Of a stretch of DNA of 64,000 nt, positions 60,501 to 64,000 are shown one piece after another. This DNA comes from Psammoneis japonica (taxonomy: Eukaryota): the NCBI GenBank assembly GCA_008632985.1, contig QPGO01000138.1, positions 62,001-126,000 of the forward strand, written 5' to 3'. A program made the position numbers and the translations under genes. The notes beneath the pieces were generated by a model. That model saw only the letters and a list, made by a program, of their open reading frames with translations. It was not told the origin of the DNA and did no database searches. How positions within the stretch are numbered: the first letter of the stretch is position 1; the number at the start of each line of letters is the position of its first letter.

Positions 60501-63500
60501 TCTGCCAGTTTGAACACAGACACATCAAGGTAAGATCATCAAACAAAGTTGACTCCCCAAGGGGGCAGAGACTCAAGCATCGCCATGAAGTTGTTGGAGA
60601 TTGGCGCAGTTGCCGGGACAGAAACAGCTGTCCCACAATTTGCAATGTGCCGCTGTCCATTGTCGGCAGTGTCCACTGTGATGGGTGCGCCAATGGGGAA
60701 ATGTCAGGTGCAGTTTTGAGGGATCCAACAGTTTTGGCTGTGCCATCACACACAGGAAACACCTCAAATTTCTCCAAGGACTGAATGTACAGAGGTTCTT
60801 CAGATGGCTCACAGCATGCTGCGAAAGTCATTCTCATCCTGTTTGCAGGAACCAGCCAGTCCCCCAGTGAAATTGCAGTTCCAGCATTCCTTCCAAACAA
60901 AACAAAGAACAAGCCTTGCACCATTGTGTCCATGCATGAGTGGACGGGAGAGCTTGCTCTGCTGGGTTCAAAGCAGACACACTGAACCTGCCATCAGGTG
61001 AGGTGATGTCAGATGCAGTGAGAACTTGAAGGAACAGCTGGCGACAATTGGCAGTCAGACTTCTCTGTCTGAAAACATCCCCAACACGACTGACACAGCA
61101 TCCATCACACAACAGCAGTCTCCCTTGTGTTGCAATGGCAGGACTCTGGATTCATCCACCTTGATGCAACCGTTCACCCGGGCCAGAAAGGAGCACAACA
61201 ATGTGAACCATTTTGACTTGGAATGAGGAAGTTTTGTGTGAATGTCCTGCAGGAAGCTGACCCCAGCACCTGGTTGAAACTGAATCCAAGCCACTGCAAC
61301 ATGTGACAAAATCCAAGGTTGACCTGATCCTCTCCAGTGGCGGAAAATTGCAAGACTTGCAAAGTTCTTTGTTCAATGTCTGGAGATCAGAAGCCACCTC
61401 CACCCAAAGAGCAAGGGCCATGTGACACGTCATGCTTGGCATTGTAGTTGCAGCCACACTTTGCAAACATTGCCCTCGTGGCTTTCCTTTAGATGTCATG
61501 AAGTTCTTTCAAAGAAAAGTGAGCATTGGGAAGGACACAGGTCACAGAGGCCAAACAGCAGGCGAAATGGCATGTCCAGGTGTCATCTTGATCCAGCGGG
61601 CACAACCAAAGAAAGACAGAAACATCATTGCTCTTTGTCTTCAGTTTGATGAATTGTGTCTTCTGTGTTCCAGCAGGTGATTTATGATGGTCGAGCATCT
61701 TGTGAGCCAAGCAAGCTGAAAGCTGGCAACTGTCCCGTTTCAACTGTCAATCATTCCACAGAGGACACCTTGATGCATGTGTCTTCATTGTAAGTTTGCA
61801 GGTGTGGTTTGCCATCATCTGCAAACAGCCATTCAATGGCATGAAATGAACACTTGAGAAGCTCAAGTTTGTGTCCCACAGAATCCAGCAGGTTGCACCA
61901 GAGTTGGTTGTCCTCCTGCATGTGCAAAGACAAATTGAAGGCAGAAGGTTGAGGAGAAGCACAAAAATCATTGACTTGAGTCAATGTGTCATTGACACAT
62001 CCTCTTTGAAACATGCGCAGAGACATTGATTGGTCAGGAGTCTCGAAATGTGCTCTGTGTGCCTGCTGGTCGAACAAGCAGAACAGGCTGTTGCACAACT
62101 GATTCCAAAAAAGGAGAGTTGCCACCACCCTGACTAGTGCCGTGTGGGGGGAAAGCCTCAGAGTGGGAACAGGAAGATGAGGACAAGCCGAGGACGGTTT
62201 TGAGCCAACATCTGGCTTCGTGCAATGTGGCACCAGCCACTTTTGTGACTTCAGCAGGCATGCCATTGCTCCAACTCTGCACGGAGGTCAACACAGGCAT
62301 GTTGTGATTGCAGCACAAGGTGTCATCGCCATTGCTGTGGATCGTAGATTTCTGAGACACCCAAATGGTCTCGAGCACAAGTTCTTCAAGATGGACCAGA
62401 GTGTTGGCATTTGGGAAAGGGCATGTGCCGCACATGCCGGGATTGTGGGGCCAACAGTGTTCCACATTCTGATCCAAGAGATGCCACTTGATTCTGGACA
62501 TCAGTTGAAAGTCTGCCTTGTAGATTTGAATGACTCAAAGGCAATGAATCTTGTCATTGCTGGGCTCTTTGAAAATCACAACATTCACAATGTCCTTCCA
62601 GCAATCACAGGAACATCCCAATTTGAGGGCACAGTTCAACAAGTTCAGCCAGATGGCGGTCAGGCACTGTTGCACCTTGTTCAGTCAGACTTGGTCTTGT
62701 GCAGGATTCTTGTCAGAATCTGTAGCCAAGGAGTAAGAATGTGGCACAAACATTGCTCTCTGGTGGCCCAAATGCAATCCAGAACACAATGAAGTTGAGG
62801 CAGATTCCTTCCACTTCTTGAATTTACCTTCCAATTTAGTTTTGGTTGACAAATTTGACACTGACACTGGTGATTGTCTTTGTAAGAATTGAGCAAGTTG
62901 AGCGGTGGCATCGTTCAAGGCCGACGTGTCATGTTCACCATCAAGCATGAGATCAGCCATGATGGTGTCCCCTTTGCATCCCAAATCAATCAACAAGGGA
63001 GGAACAGTTGGAGGAGTGCTGTGCGCTTGACCAAAGTGTTTCTGATTGTGGCAACAAAGGGCCATGGCCACCTCTTCTGGAGCATCGACAGTCACCCAAT
63101 CCTCACACTTGTTTGGATTCATGGCTGCTGGATTGCAAGGTGCTTGAACACTGCCAATGCCCACATCTCTTTGCGTCTTGCAGGACTGGATTTCCTTGAA
63201 CAGTTTTTGGACTTCCTTGGCTTTCCAGATGTTGCGGAGAATCTTCACTTTGCATTTAGAATCCTTGGTGCCTTTCATGTCTAACTTTGCAATGCATTCC
63301 ACCAGCTCCCATTCTTGGTGGACAACGCTCTCCTTGGCCACTTGTCTGCATTTGGTTTGGGCTTGTCACAGAGCAGTTTGAAAATCTGCGTGAGACTCAG
63401 AAATGATGAAGGACCCCTGCAGCTTGTTTTGCACATTACGAACTTGAGACACACAATCCAATCCGGTTTGCATCATGGCCACTGTTCTTGCGAGGACATG

Positions 63501-64000
63501 CACTTGATGCCAAAGGTCTGCCAGTTCCATGGACCATTCCGGCTCTCAACAATTCCAGCATTGTTTTGTGGCTGCCAGTGCAAACTGAGTCATGTCACGA
63601 TCCAATCTCTCTGCAAGCGAGTGGTCTGGAGCCTCCAGGCACAAGAGTTGCCATGACCATTCAAGCACATTTCTGCTGTCAATCATCAGACCAATCACCT
63701 TGAGATGGGACGTCACCTGAGGCTTGGAGGAGGCTTGAATGTTGCAAAAGGTGGCCTTGGGGAGGTCAACAGTTTGGTTGCCAAACAACCAAACAGCGTC
63801 AAAGACAACGTGGTGGGTGCAGTGGCCGGACATCACCCTGCAGCCAAAGGCCTCACACCCTCCAAGACGGGCAGCCGCCAGGGCACCTGGCATTGCCAAT
63901 GCACAGTCAAGCCTTTTGGAACCTCTTGTGTGTGTGGAGAAGTCTGTCTCACCAGCAAGGTCAAACAAAACATCCGACAAGTTGAGTCGTTGAGCCATCA
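53540..64000. other. Hypermutated domain F (CpG/TpA-depleted), extending beyond the window
   Basis: Only a few dozen TA dinucleotides in >10 kb by eye; poly-C at ~53611-53629; (CT)n tracts at ~57525-57592. Confidence 0.9.
59330..64000 (-). mobile_element. Degenerate non-LTR retrotransposon (APE endonuclease-RT-RNase H; diatom Ambal-like LINE)
   Basis: Motifs in the expected order on the minus strand: THTRGSKRLDC and SGHC (APE end, ~63935-63820), KWKESASTS..SGLHLGH (~62815), GTSQGGGNSP (RT, ~62140), WVKSHQD (RNase H, ~60030); many stops and frameshifts. Confidence 0.8.

Noticed and set aside
2590..64000. Classical RIP or simple CpG decay as the full explanation
   Set aside because: RIP raises TpA and lowers CpA, the opposite of what is seen; CpG decay alone does not remove TpA.
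1..64000. tRNA, rRNA or prokaryotic operons
   Set aside because: None recognisable by eye; genes have spliceosomal introns and eukaryotic functions.

Overview
Eukaryotic genomic DNA, most likely from a pennate diatom: spliceosomal GT-AG introns, bipartite signal-peptide + 'AF' plastid presequences, a diatom-type LRR receptor-like protein and a diatom-type LINE. About 16 ordinary genes have normal dinucleotide content, including a TALE homeobox gene, CDC37, a NOL-like SDR, a GAF + GGGRRC zinc-finger protein, a bacterial-type ABM monooxygenase, an LRR protein, a MYND protein, plastid pyruvate kinase, RLP24, an S1 protease and a STELLO-like glycosyltransferase. They alternate with six discrete domains (~2.6-9.2, 19.5-21.6, 26.3-28.5, 30.7-34.5, 46.3-48.6 and 53.5-64.0 kb; about 27 kb in total) in which both CpG and TpA are strongly depleted and TpG/CpA dominate. 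Homologous sequences within the window show the direction of change: CG->TG/CA and TA->TG/CA. The TA->CA/TG component is the reverse of fungal RIP and is not explained by 5mC deamination, so this domain-restricted dual hypermutation is the best candidate for an unusual system here. It has erased a LINE and several host-type genes. Several intact-looking genes at 9-24 kb carry repeated single-base deletions, probably assembly errors. There is one N gap (52488-52849). All motif calls are by eye; no searches were run.
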